A stretch of DNA of 63,896 nt, filler included, from an uncultured Myxococcia bacterium (GTDB lineage: Bacteria; CAZTWC01): NCBI GenBank assembly GCA_964617105.1. It is 4 parts of 4 records of this genome, joined end to end, with 100 filler letters (N's around TTAATTAATTAA, not from the genome) between each part and the next. Parts side by side here need not be neighbours in the genome. Positions count along the whole stretch, not along the records: positions 33,416 to 49,822 come from CAZTWC010000060.1; positions 49,923 to 63,896 come from CAZTWC010000073.1; 2 more parts are not named here. One strand, written 5' to 3'. The stretch's first letter is position 1, and each line of letters starts with the position of its first letter. Below, piece after piece: positions 40,069 to 50,413 of this stretch. The notes under the pieces are model-generated. The model was not told where the DNA came from and did no database searches. It worked only from the letters and a program-made list of their open reading frames with translations. Made by a program: the position numbers and the translations under genes.

Positions 40069-40419
40069 TCAAGAACCCTGAGTGGTATTTTTAGAATTTT
40101 GATTATTGTTTTTCAGGCTGGTAACATGACTGCGTAGCATTTTTATCTTCACTTTGTCGGCGATTTCCAAGGTGACTGTGGTTTTATTGTCGGAAATGGC
40201 CGTTATTCGACCCAGGATCCCACTTTGGGTGATCACCTCATCACCCCTTTGTAAATGGTCAAGCATCTCTTGATGGGCTTTTTGTTGTTTACGTTGCGGC
40301 CGCAGCATAATAAAATAGATAACCACAAAAATTAGAATAATAGGGGCAAACTGAACCAGGGCACTGGGTTCAGCTTCACTTTGGGATTGGCTAATGACTA
40401 GTTGATATAGTTGGAACAA
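40069..40419 (-). CDS. yajC: Preprotein translocase subunit YajC
   Basis: YFIMLRPQRKQQK, GDEVITQSGILG; upstream of secD. Confidence 0.95.
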   Translation of the reverse strand: MFQLYQLVISQSQSEAEPSALVQFAPIILIFVVIYFIMLRPQRKQQKAHQEMLDHLQRGDEVITQSGILGRITAISDNKTTVTLEIADKVKIKMLRSHVTSLKNNNQNSKNTTQGS

Positions 40420-40703
40420 TTAAAACACTCCTTTTTTGAAAAATTAAAACGAGATAAATCTATATAACAAATATTTCCTTGCTAATCAATAGTAATTTTG
40501 CCTATTACCAAAGATTTGAAAAGAGCAGGAAAAAGGAGAAAATTGGCGCAGAATGTAAACAAATAATTAAAAAATCAGTGAATTTCCAAATTGAGTGCAA
40601 GAATAAACTTGCTACCAGCCAAGAAAAGTTATATATATTGTAGTGTTATATATTACGAAGTTATTTTTGTAAGCGTCCTTAGGTAATATTATTGGGAGTT
40701 ATT

Positions 40704-42029
40704 ATGAAGAAGATGGTGGTAAAAGTATCTCTGCCAATTTTGTTTACATTTATGCTTATGCTGCATTTAATTGGTTGTGGTAAGGAAGAGCATAAAGATA
40801 TCTCTTTCTCTTTTGAACTACCGAAAGATTTTTCCTCTCTAACTACTCTTAAGGAAAAGTTGGAGTTTAAATTGATAGAAAATCTTACTGGCAAAGTGGT
40901 TAAGAGCAAACGGCAGGAGATCGATCCCGGTAACAAGTATTTCGATGTAGTACTGGACAGAATTCCCTTTGGACAATACCGGGTGTTGATCACTATTCTG
41001 GTAGAGAGCAACCTGAGGGAAGTGCACCTTACCCAGGTGGAAAAATTTATCACCATCGACTCATCTTACGACTTGCTGCTGGTACAGCCGGAAGACTTTA
41101 TTGCTGCTATTACCAAGTTTGACAATGACCAGGATGGATACAGCAATCTGCGGGAGGTGATGATGGGGAGTGACCCCGATTATTACAATAGTATGCCGAG
41201 CAATATAATCGTGGTGCCGGATCACACTTGTACCATCAAAAATGCGCTGATGGTGGCCAGGTCTGGTGACATCATCAAGGTAAAGTTCAACAATGAAAAA
41301 TGTACAGGAATTAAGGGAGAAACCGGTTACGCTGATTTTGTCGATATTAATGTGGATCACCTTACTCTGGAGGCTATGCAGCCCTGGGTGCGGATTAAAC
41401 GGGCATTGGAAGGCAGGCAGAACAAAACCGATTTCAGGCCCTTTATCCGAGTGGAAAACAGACAGAATGTAACTATCCGGGGATTTCATTTTCTGCAAGG
41501 CAATTGTGTGGATCAGAACGGGGCTGCTATCCAGTTGAAAAATGCAGAAAATGTTTTAATAGAGAACAATCTTTTTTCCGACAACACCGCCCCTTTTGGC
41601 GGTGCTATAGGTTTGGATACCTCTTCCGCCACCATAAAGCACAATACTTTTTATAAGAATAAAGCCAGTAATAATGGAACGGTTATCGCTCAGGAAGGAA
41701 GAGGGAAGAACTTAGTGATAGAGAGTAATGTTTTTTACGGTAATGGTAATGAAACCACGGTGCTGGTGCCAAACAACCGAAATAAAACCGGCCTGTTCGA
41801 TTTGTTGGTTGGGACAATTCCCAAGTATAATTACAACCTGTTTTGGGCTGATGGTATGTCCCAATGTTCTTTTCCATTGACTGAGATAAAAATTGGGGGC
41901 CAGAACAATCTATGTGAACAGCCGCATTTTCTTAATGCCAAGCAGCATGATTTCAGGCTATCCAGTAGTTCTCCGGGCAAAAATGGGGGGGCTGATGGAA
42001 AAGACATGGGAGTAATTAGTACCTATTAG
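40704..42029 (+). CDS. Lipoprotein with right-handed beta-helix domain
   Basis: Lipobox LIGC, DNDQDGYSN Ca-binding-like motif, Asn-ladder repeats (IENNLFSDN, IKHNTFYKN), DFRLSSSSPG...DMG. Confidence 0.7.
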   Translation: MKKMVVKVSLPILFTFMLMLHLIGCGKEEHKDISFSFELPKDFSSLTTLKEKLEFKLIENLTGKVVKSKRQEIDPGNKYFDVVLDRIPFGQYRVLITILVESNLREVHLTQVEKFITIDSSYDLLLVQPEDFIAAITKFDNDQDGYSNLREVMMGSDPDYYNSMPSNIIVVPDHTCTIKNALMVARSGDIIKVKFNNEKCTGIKGETGYADFVDINVDHLTLEAMQPWVRIKRALEGRQNKTDFRPFIRVENRQNVTIRGFHFLQGNCVDQNGAAIQLKNAENVLIENNLFSDNTAPFGGAIGLDTSSATIKHNTFYKNKASNNGTVIAQEGRGKNLVIESNVFYGNGNETTVLVPNNRNKTGLFDLLVGTIPKYNYNLFWADGMSQCSFPLTEIKIGGQNNLCEQPHFLNAKQHDFRLSSSSPGKNGGADGKDMGVISTY

Positions 42030-42168
42030 ATTTTTAAAGAATTTGAACAGGCAGACCTGGAAAAAAATAACTGGAAATGGTATAATATTAGATTCTGTGG
42101 ATGAATAAAGAGCCTATCCAGATGGATATTTACAGAGTTCCTCGAGGGGAATTTACTTAGGAGGCGTT

Positions 42169-42537
42169 GTGGCAAATCGACAACCAACCGTTTTAGTAGT
42201 TGACGACTCCATGCTGATGAGGAGAAAACTGATCAGTATCTTGGAAGAAAATGGTTATAAAATTATCGGAGAGGCGACAAATGGAATTGAGGCCTTGAAA
42301 AAGTATCGAGAGTTTATGCCCAATCTGGTTACCTTGGATATTTTGATGCCGATTAGAGATGGTTTTTTCGCTCTTCGGGAGATTAGAAAATTTGATCCTG
42401 TTGCTAAGGTGGTGATGGTTTCATCCACCCTTACCAAGGAAAAGATTAATGATGCCATGAAAATGGGCGCCTCTAATTTTTTACTCAAACCTTTTAATGC
42501 CGAACAATTAATAAATGTGGTAAAAAGCGTGGTATAA
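42169..42537 (+). CDS. CheY-like single-domain response regulator
   Basis: VLVVDDS, LVTLDILMP..DG, KPF. Confidence 0.9.
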   Translation: MANRQPTVLVVDDSMLMRRKLISILEENGYKIIGEATNGIEALKKYREFMPNLVTLDILMPIRDGFFALREIRKFDPVAKVVMVSSTLTKEKINDAMKMGASNFLLKPFNAEQLINVVKSVV

Positions 42538-43380
42538 TTATTGTCCCTTTCTTTTTCGATATTCTTCTCTTCTTATTTTTTCAATCCTATACAAATAATA
42601 GTAACAAATCCCTCCAATTGGCAGCAGCAACAGGCTGATTACTTGAGAGGTGGAGAGCAGGCCGTTTAAGTGGATGCCTCGTTGTATGTCGCCGCGAAGA
42701 AATTCTAGAAAAAATCTGGTAACTGGATAGATGATTAAAAGCAGGGCAAAAGTTTGGCCGGGATAGTTCTGCCGTTTTCTGAACCACAAGAGAAAAAAGA
42801 AAATAAGGGTGGCGTTTAATGATGAGTATAATTGCACCGGGTGTAGGTGAACGCCCTGAAGGTCAGGGGGAGAATTGGGAAAGATAACTCCCAGGGGAAT
42901 TTGAGTAGGGATTCCAAAGCAGCAGCCAGCTAAAAAACAGCCGATCCGGCCTATTGCCAGACCCAGCATAACCATGGGGGCGTATAGATCCAGCATTGGC
43001 CATTTATCCAGGTTTTTGCGTTTCAAATAGATCATACTCACTATCACAGCCACTATCAATCCACCATACCAGACATAGCCGCCTTCAGAAAAACGGAATA
43101 GATGCCAGGGGTCGCGACTGAACAGATCCACTACCCCGGTCACCATTTTGCCGTCCGATGTCTTGTGGTTGGTGGCTTCAAATAGGCAGTGTCCCAGTTT
43201 TGAGCCCAAAAGGGCGGAAATTATAATAATTATACCAAAGTCAAAGATCTCCACCAGCCTCATCCCTTCCCTTTTAGCCAGGTAGGTGGCCAGTATGACA
43301 GCGCAGAAATAGCCGAGAAAGCTGAAAACAAAATAGGAGGGGATTTTGATGTCGAGTATTTGCAAGAGAGTTGGATACAT
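42538..43380 (-). CDS. lgt: Prolipoprotein diacylglyceryl transferase
   Basis: WYGG, GRIGCFLAGCCFG, HPVQLY, RFFLEFLRGD. Confidence 0.93.
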   Translation of the reverse strand: MYPTLLQILDIKIPSYFVFSFLGYFCAVILATYLAKREGMRLVEIFDFGIIIIISALLGSKLGHCLFEATNHKTSDGKMVTGVVDLFSRDPWHLFRFSEGGYVWYGGLIVAVIVSMIYLKRKNLDKWPMLDLYAPMVMLGLAIGRIGCFLAGCCFGIPTQIPLGVIFPNSPPDLQGVHLHPVQLYSSLNATLIFFFLLWFRKRQNYPGQTFALLLIIYPVTRFFLEFLRGDIQRGIHLNGLLSTSQVISLLLLPIGGICYYYLYRIEKIRREEYRKRKGQ

Positions 43381-43443
43381 AGTATAGTGTTGTCACAAAC
43401 TTTGATTTTTTGCAATACGCGGATAGGAAAAGAGAGGTTCATT

Positions 43444-45114
43444 ATGAGAAAGTTGGTGGAATGTGTGCCCAATATCAGTGAGGGGAGAAACCGGGAAATT
43501 ATTGATGCAGTGGTAGAGGAGATCTGCAGTACTAAGGGAGCAACTCTGCTGGATGTAGATCCAGGGGCTGACACCAATCGGACAGTAATAACTTTTGTGG
43601 GAGAACCTGACCCGGTGGTGGAGGCGGCTTTTAAAGTTATCAAAAAAGCGGGAGAGTTGATAGATATGTCTCAGCATAAGGGTGCTCACGCCAGGCACGG
43701 CGCTACCGATGTGTGCCCTTTTGTGCCGGTAGCCAACATCACCATGGAGGAGTGTGCGCAACTGGCTGGAAAATTGGGGGCCAGGGTAGGGGAGGAGTTG
43801 GAGATTCCCATCTATCTTTACGAATATGCCGCTGCCATGCCAGAGAGAAAAAATTTGGCCCAGGTGCGTCAGGGTGAATATGAAGCCTTATCTAAAAAGT
43901 TGGGCAAACCAGAGTGGAAGCCAGATTTTGGGCTCAATGAATGGAACCAGCGGGTGGCTAAAACCGGAGCCACCAATATTGGCGCCCGGGAATTTTTAAT
44001 CGCCTACAATGTTAACCTCAATTCCAAAATGAAGAGTCATGCCCACAATATTGCTCTCAATATCAGGGAAAAGGGGCGTTGGGCCAGGGGAGAAGATGGT
44101 AAAATCAGGCGGGATGCCCAGGGCAAAAAAATGAGGAATCAGGGGGTCTTTAAAGAGTGCAAAGCGGTGGGCTGGGTGTTGGAAGAGCACAATTTGAGCC
44201 AGATATCCATTAACCTCACCAATCATAAAATTACCTCCATGCACCAGGTTTTTGACGAATGCTGCCGCCAGGCCCAGGAAAAAGGGTTGCGGATTACAGG
44301 TTCCGAGGTGGTGGGACTGGTGCCTCTGGATGCTATTTTGGAGGCTGCCGATTATTACCTGAAAAAAATGGGAATAGGAAGCGGTTATCCCCAGGAGGAG
44401 TTGATCGACATCGCGGTCCGTTCCCTGGGCTTGGATGACTTCAATCCCTTTGATCCCCAGAAAAAAATAATCGAATATGCTATCGGCGAACGTTTCGGGC
44501 CTTTGGCTCAGCAAAAGGTGTCTGCTTTTTGCGACCAGGTTTCCACCGATTCTCCGGCACCGGGAGGCGGTTCAGTGGCAGCCCTGTGTGGCTCTCTATC
44601 CGCCTCACTGGCGGCCATGGTTGTCAATCTGTCAGAGGGGAAGAAAGAGTATCGGGATGTTATGCCTCAGTTGCGGGAAAATGCGGCTTTAGCGCAGCGG
44701 TTAAAAGATGACTTATTGTTGGATATCGATAGAGACACCGAGTCTTTCAACCGGGTAATGGAGGCCTTTAAAGCCCCCAAAGCAACCCGTAAACAGGCGG
44801 TAGAGGAGGCCAACAAAGGAGCCACCCTGGTACCGCTAAAGGTGATGGAACGGGCATTGGAGAGTTTAAAAACTGCGCTTTTATCGGCGCAAAAAGGTAA
44901 TAAAAATTCTATTTCCGATGCTGGAGTGGCGGGATGGTGCGGACTGGCTGCCGCAGAGGGCGCCTATTTAAATGTTAAAATAAATCTCACCGGTATTTTT
45001 GATGAGAAATTCAAGCAAGAAATAAGGGAAAAGAGCGGCATACTAATAAAAAATGCGCAGCAACTGAATGCCCAGGTGCAGGAGGTGGTAACCAGAGAGT
45101 TGGAGAAACTTTGA
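43444..45114 (+). CDS. ftcD: Glutamate formimidoyltransferase / formimidoyltetrahydrofolate cyclodeaminase
   Basis: ECVPNISEGR, NRTVIT, GATDVCPF, GAREFLIAYN, SPAPGGGSVAA, NVKINL. Confidence 0.93.
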   Translation: MRKLVECVPNISEGRNREIIDAVVEEICSTKGATLLDVDPGADTNRTVITFVGEPDPVVEAAFKVIKKAGELIDMSQHKGAHARHGATDVCPFVPVANITMEECAQLAGKLGARVGEELEIPIYLYEYAAAMPERKNLAQVRQGEYEALSKKLGKPEWKPDFGLNEWNQRVAKTGATNIGAREFLIAYNVNLNSKMKSHAHNIALNIREKGRWARGEDGKIRRDAQGKKMRNQGVFKECKAVGWVLEEHNLSQISINLTNHKITSMHQVFDECCRQAQEKGLRITGSEVVGLVPLDAILEAADYYLKKMGIGSGYPQEELIDIAVRSLGLDDFNPFDPQKKIIEYAIGERFGPLAQQKVSAFCDQVSTDSPAPGGGSVAALCGSLSASLAAMVVNLSEGKKEYRDVMPQLRENAALAQRLKDDLLLDIDRDTESFNRVMEAFKAPKATRKQAVEEANKGATLVPLKVMERALESLKTALLSAQKGNKNSISDAGVAGWCGLAAAEGAYLNVKINLTGIFDEKFKQEIREKSGILIKNAQQLNAQVQEVVTRELEKL

Positions 45115-45149
45115 AGGTTAACAATACGATAGAGTGGTGGTGGCAATGA

Positions 45150-48100
45150 TTATTGCGCTGTCGGTGTTTGAATGGTAAGGGTGCGGTTTTTTAAATCTAC
45201 CTCCACCTGGGAGAGCAATTCGGCGGTGGACAGTGGCTTTTGAGGATCGCTGAAGGCAATGCCGAAGTTTACCTCTAACTGTTTTTGGGGATGTTTGTGG
45301 TTATGCGTGGTGAGATTTTGGTTTATCCGGGCTAAAATGTGGGAATGATTTTCTTTGGATAGAACCATAGTTAAAATTGCCACCCGGTGTTTGTCCAAGG
45401 AGATCAGCCGGTCAGCATCACGGATACTGTGTTTTAAGACACTGACAAGTTCTATGATCTCCGGTTTTTGGTCGGTAATGGTCTTAAGTTCCACTAAAAA
45501 TAATCCCATCAGCCGACGGTTTTCATTGGCCAAACCCATCTGTTCTTTAATCAGCAATGAGAAGGCGTTTTGGCTGGGAAGATTGGTTTCCCTGTCTATA
45601 AACTCCAGGTTATCAGCGTCTTTTGGTTCCTCTTTTTTGCCAATAGGTAACGAGATGGTGAAGCGAGCGCCAATATCGGTATTTTCTACATTCAAATGGC
45701 CGTCCATATTCTTTTCGATTATGGTTTTGGACATATATAGACCAATGCCGGTTCCCTGGCCCTGTTCTTTGGTGGTAAAGTAGGGCTCAAATATTCTGCC
45801 GATAATTTCCTCGTCTATGCCACCGGCATTGTCGTTGACACTAACGCAGGCAATTTTCTGGTTAACACCAAGAACAATTTTTATTAGCGGTTCTTTTACC
45901 TGCTTTTCTAACAGGGCGTCTTTGGCATTGTTTATTAAGTTGAACAGCACCTGTTCGTATTCGTTGGGATAACCCCAGATTTGAATATCTTCCTCCACTT
46001 TGATTTGAACTTCGATGAAATTGTTTTTTAAGGCTGCGCCAATTATATTGAGGGCATTGTTTAGAGATTTTTCCAGGCTAAATTCTTTCTTGATTTTGTC
46101 CGGTTTGAAGAAGTTTCTGAAATCGTCTATGGTTTTGGACATGTGGAAAGTTATTTGCTTGGCGTCTTCAACCACCTGGTCCAGATATGGTTTATCCAGT
46201 ACACCATCTTCAAAGGCGTATTTAATATCCTGCATAATGGCTCCCCAGGACGATAGGGGTTGTCGCCACTGGTGGGCAATATTGCCAATCATCTCGCCCA
46301 TTGAGGCGAGTTTGCTGGTCTGGATTAGTTGAGATTGAGTCTCTTTTAATTTTTGGTGAGCAAGATTGAGTTCATCATAGGCGCGTCCCAGCAACTCTTT
46401 TTTGCTTTTTTCTGCTTTTACCATGGCCTGGGTCAAGGCTATCTCTTGCTCTTTTTTGGCCTCCACTTTTTGCCGGGTTATCTCTTTGCTCAACTCGATT
46501 CTAGTTAACAGGGCCCTGACTCTCAAAATTAACTCGTCAAAGATAATGGGTTTGGCCAGGTAGTCATCGGCTCCCAGTTCCAGCCCCAGCAGCCGGTCTT
46601 CCTGGGAGGCGCGGGCAGTGACAATAATTATCGGCAAATCACACAGGGAGTGGTCGGCTCTGATCTCTTTTAATACATCTTCGCCAGATACTTCAGGCAT
46701 CATCAAATCCAGCAGCAACAAGTCAGGGCTTTGCCTGCGGACCTGTTCCAGCGCGTCCCGACCGCCATAAGAGGGGTTTACTTGAAAACCACAGGAGGTT
46801 AAAACCGATGCTAAGACCTCTACGTTAATTTCATTGTCATCAACCACCAGGATAGTGTATTTTTCATTTTCAGAATTATAAAGATAGGTTACCTCATCGG
46901 TTGCTGGCATGGTATCCTGGAAGGTGTCATCCGGTTTGCTGGTTTCAGTTGACTGGCTATCCAGTTGCCATGGTTCCAGCAGTTCAGATTCCGGTGGAGT
47001 GTCGGCAATATCAATGTTTTTCTGGGCCGGGATTATAACCGAAAAAGTGGAACCCAGGCTAACCTCCGAATCCACTGCTATTTTTCCCTCCATTAAATCC
47101 ACTAATTTTTTCACCAGGGTAAGTCCCAGCCCGGTTCCCTCGAAAGAGCGGCGTGAATTTCCCTCCACCTGCTTAAATTCCTGGAAAATTTTTGATAATT
47201 GCTCCTTTGGGATGCCGATACCAGTATCCTGGACTTTGATGCACAACTCTTTTTGGTCAGTTAAGGCAAGGGACAGGATGATCTGGTTATTTCTAATTGG
47301 TTGGCTGAATTTAAAGGCATTGCTTAAAAGATTTCTTAAAATAGCGATTATTTTTTTCTGGTCACCAATAAAAAAGTGTTCCTTTTTTTCATCAAAAAGG
47401 CGGTTGATTTGGAAAGTGGCGTTCTTTTTTTCCAGCAGTAATCCCTGGGCCAGGAGATCGCTTTCCTGGATTAATTGCTCTATTGCTATCCGGCTGTTGG
47501 TTTGCTCTAGCGTGCCCCGTTTGGAGCAGGCCAGATCCAATATGGTATTTACCTGAATTTTTAGCGATTCAGCCAAATGTTTTATTTTGCCTATTTGCTC
47601 TGAGGCGTTAGATGAGATCTGTCCCATTTTCCCATGTTGCAGAAGGTAGGAAAAACCGATTATTCCGTTTAGAGGCGTCCTTAATTCGTGTGATGTATTG
47701 TGGAAGAAGATGGTTCTTTCCTTCTCCTGTTCCAAGATTTTATCATAGGCTTGTTCCAGTTGTTGATTCGCAGCACTCAATTTTACATTGAGATCTTCTG
47801 CCTGTTGGTGGGCATTGGCGAACAGCCGGGCCAAAATGGCGCTTTGGGCAAAGATAAAGGCTACAAAACCGTAAGGAGTCATAAATGCGGTGTGGATAAT
47901 ACCGCGGACATATAGAATATCGTTGATAATCATTAGGAAAAAAATGATAAAACCGCTCAATGATATCAAGGCCCCAGGGCGGTGATGTTTGACGGCCCGA
48001 CCTAAGTGCCAGCAAATCAGCGGGCCAAATATTGGAAATAGAAGGTGATAATAGTTTAGAGATTGGGAAAATATCCGGGTGGGGGTAACAATTACCAACA

Positions 48101-49160
48101 GGATAAATGGCAGTGAAATTCCCCACAGAATCTTCTCTATCCAGCGGTTAAACTCTTTTTTGAACACCTGGCACAGAAAAGAGATAAACATTGGGCCACC
48201 GCAATAGATGGTTAAATATTCGATTTTAAAGCAAAACTCAAACCAGAGTGTAGATGGATGAGGGAGCAGTTCAGAGGCAAACTTGTCGCTAAAAAAAAGG
48301 CGAAGAAATATATCCAGGCAAAAAAAGCTGAAGATTAGGCTGGCCCAATCGTTTTTGCGGGCGAAAAACAAGCCCAAATGGTAAATAAACATGATCAGCA
48401 GCACTCCCAGTACCAAAAAGGCTACTGATCTGGTTTGAATCATTTCTGAGTTTAAATCGCTTACTCTGCCCAGTTGGACAGATTCCCATATTCCACCTTT
48501 GCTATGGTGATAGTTGGAAACATGTACCATGATGTAGTTTACAGGTTCATGGTTGGAGATAGTGGCAATAGCAGACAGATTCTGTGGTTTTGCTTTCTGG
48601 GAAGTGGTAGCGATGATCCCCCGCTTAAGTAACGGAGAAGCAGTGCTCGATGCGGTATTTTCGGCGGCCGAATCTGGGTTTTTAGTTGAGGCGCCCGGGA
48701 GAAAATAGAGGTTGTAGGCAGTGCCAGCGCCTACAAATTTTATTGCCAATTTTCCCTGATCAGCCTCTTTGAGGCCATTTATGGTGAGAAGATAGGTGGC
48801 AAATCCTTCTCCTTTGATGGCAGGTAGGCTTTTTTCCTGGTTTAATTTCGGTTGGAACCCGTTCCAGATTCCTGGCACCTGGACATAGTCGGGCTTGAAA
48901 TGGTTATATTGGCCAGCCAGGAAAGATTTGGGGGTAAAAAAACGGTTCCAAAAAAACGTCCATTCTCCGTGCAAATTCAGGGGGCCGTTTTTAGTAAAAT
49001 CCCAGTTTTTAACATCTAGCACACCCTTAATTACCTGGGGTGGTGTTTTTTTCGAATCTTTATCATTGCAGGAGAACATCACCAGAGTTACCAACAACAA
49101 AAGGGCAATTATTCTCCAGAAAGCCCGGTTGAAGGTGAAGGTTTGCCGATTAATGTTCAT
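45150..49160 (-). CDS. Hybrid sensor kinase: 7TM-DISM, HisKA-HATPase, REC, HisKA-HATPase, degenerate GGDEF
   Basis: LHGEWTFFW extracellular domain, 7 TM segments, SHELRTPL, GTGLGL, LLDLMMP, IAHQWRQPL, FEPYFTTK..GTGIGL, C-terminal DRETNLP. Confidence 0.88.
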   Translation of the reverse strand: MNINRQTFTFNRAFWRIIALLLLVTLVMFSCNDKDSKKTPPQVIKGVLDVKNWDFTKNGPLNLHGEWTFFWNRFFTPKSFLAGQYNHFKPDYVQVPGIWNGFQPKLNQEKSLPAIKGEGFATYLLTINGLKEADQGKLAIKFVGAGTAYNLYFLPGASTKNPDSAAENTASSTASPLLKRGIIATTSQKAKPQNLSAIATISNHEPVNYIMVHVSNYHHSKGGIWESVQLGRVSDLNSEMIQTRSVAFLVLGVLLIMFIYHLGLFFARKNDWASLIFSFFCLDIFLRLFFSDKFASELLPHPSTLWFEFCFKIEYLTIYCGGPMFISFLCQVFKKEFNRWIEKILWGISLPFILLVIVTPTRIFSQSLNYYHLLFPIFGPLICWHLGRAVKHHRPGALISLSGFIIFFLMIINDILYVRGIIHTAFMTPYGFVAFIFAQSAILARLFANAHQQAEDLNVKLSAANQQLEQAYDKILEQEKERTIFFHNTSHELRTPLNGIIGFSYLLQHGKMGQISSNASEQIGKIKHLAESLKIQVNTILDLACSKRGTLEQTNSRIAIEQLIQESDLLAQGLLLEKKNATFQINRLFDEKKEHFFIGDQKKIIAILRNLLSNAFKFSQPIRNNQIILSLALTDQKELCIKVQDTGIGIPKEQLSKIFQEFKQVEGNSRRSFEGTGLGLTLVKKLVDLMEGKIAVDSEVSLGSTFSVIIPAQKNIDIADTPPESELLEPWQLDSQSTETSKPDDTFQDTMPATDEVTYLYNSENEKYTILVVDDNEINVEVLASVLTSCGFQVNPSYGGRDALEQVRRQSPDLLLLDLMMPEVSGEDVLKEIRADHSLCDLPIIIVTARASQEDRLLGLELGADDYLAKPIIFDELILRVRALLTRIELSKEITRQKVEAKKEQEIALTQAMVKAEKSKKELLGRAYDELNLAHQKLKETQSQLIQTSKLASMGEMIGNIAHQWRQPLSSWGAIMQDIKYAFEDGVLDKPYLDQVVEDAKQITFHMSKTIDDFRNFFKPDKIKKEFSLEKSLNNALNIIGAALKNNFIEVQIKVEEDIQIWGYPNEYEQVLFNLINNAKDALLEKQVKEPLIKIVLGVNQKIACVSVNDNAGGIDEEIIGRIFEPYFTTKEQGQGTGIGLYMSKTIIEKNMDGHLNVENTDIGARFTISLPIGKKEEPKDADNLEFIDRETNLPSQNAFSLLIKEQMGLANENRRLMGLFLVELKTITDQKPEIIELVSVLKHSIRDADRLISLDKHRVAILTMVLSKENHSHILARINQNLTTHNHKHPQKQLEVNFGIAFSDPQKPLSTAELLSQVEVDLKNRTLTIQTPTAQ

Positions 49161-49361
49161 ATTTGAAGTAAGAGTTTAAACTGTTGATAAAAATAATTCT
49201 AATGTAAAATATTATAACTTAAAAAATTGAGAAAAGGGAAACTTTTTTAGTTTGAAAAAGATCAACAAATTGGATAGTATCTTACCAGAAAAGTGGAAAT
49301 AAACTGGGATTGAAACCCTGGTATTCTTTTCGTTTCTAAACATTTTATGGAGGTTTTAATC

Positions 49362-49822
49362 ATGGAGATTAATGGAAAGACAGCATTGGTTACCGGCGGC
49401 GGATCCGGTCTTGGCCTGGCTATGGCTGAGAGTTATGCTCAAAAGGGAGCAAGAGTGATAATTGTCGATATCAACCAGGAAGGATTGAATGCGGCGGCGG
49501 ACAAAATTAAATCAGCCGGCGGCGAGGTCACGGCCATCCACTGTAACGTGGCAGTAGAGGATGAGGTAGAGAAGATGGTCAGCCAGGCAGCGGCAACCTA
49601 CGATGGAATCGATATTGCGGTTTTGTGCGCCGGGATATTACGCGATGGTCTGTTGATCAAGGTGGACAGAGAAACCAAAAAACCGGTGAAAAAGATGTCT
49701 CTTCAGCAGTGGCAGTCGGTTATTGATGTCAATCTTACTGGTGTATTTCTTACCGGCCGCGAAGTTGCCTGGCAGATGGTCCAGCAGGGCAGGGGAGGAG
49801 TAATAATCCCCATATCTTCGGT
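49362..49822 (+). CDS. SDR family oxidoreductase, 3'-truncated; close paralog of 8306..9076
   Basis: [37 protein letters not shown]. Confidence 0.88.
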
Positions 49823-49922
49823 NNNNNNNNNNNNNNNNNNNNNNNNNNNNNNNNNNNNNNNNNNNNTTAATTAATTAANNNNNNNNNNNNNNNNNNNNNN
49901 NNNNNNNNNNNNNNNNNNNNNN
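49823..49922. other. Artificial contig linker
   Basis: N44-TTAATTAATTAA-N44. Confidence 0.97.
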
Positions 49923-50011
49923 ACAATATTTTATGATTTTCATAATGGTAAAGTTTTGCTATATTTTTTTGGAGAGTTATCGAAAATAGCAAATCACCCC
50001 GGGGTTGTCAA

Positions 50012-50353
50012 ATGATTGCGGTAAACAACACCAATAAGCGAGTTTTAGCCCAGGACTGTCAGGCTGCCTATAGTTTTTGGCGTCGCTTAAAGGGACTGCT
50101 GGGGAGGAGGTGTTTGCCGGAAAACTGCGGACTCCATTTGAAACCCTGCAATTCCATCCATACCTTTTGGATGCGATTCTCCATAGACGCCATATTTTTA
50201 GATAAAAACCAGCGGATCGTGGCTCTTTACCGGAATCTCAAACCATGGCGTTTAACCAGAATAGTCTGGTCAGCCCATTCGGTGCTGGAGATCCCTGCTG
50301 GAAGCATAGAAGAGAAGGGCTGTCGCCTGGCCGATGGGCTAGAGTTTCGATAA
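50012..50353 (+). CDS. DUF192 family protein
   Basis: RLKGLLGR, PCNSIHTFWMRFSIDAIFLD, SVLEIPAG. Confidence 0.85.
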   Translation: MIAVNNTNKRVLAQDCQAAYSFWRRLKGLLGRRCLPENCGLHLKPCNSIHTFWMRFSIDAIFLDKNQRIVALYRNLKPWRLTRIVWSAHSVLEIPAGSIEEKGCRLADGLEFR

Positions 50354-50413
50354 GATGACGATATTATGGCAGTTTTTTGGTGGGTAATTTTAATTAAATC
50401 TTATTTGTTGTCG

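Noticed and set aside
39373-40137. Long antisense ORFs (also 20325..21050, 46909..47556, 60797..61417)
   Set aside because: Shadow frames of well-conserved genes with no recognisable motifs.
16611-49922. Three copies of TTAATTAATTAA flanked by Ns, and ORFs ending in 'LIN'
   Set aside because: Synthetic six-frame-stop contig spacers. Gene adjacency across them has no biological meaning.
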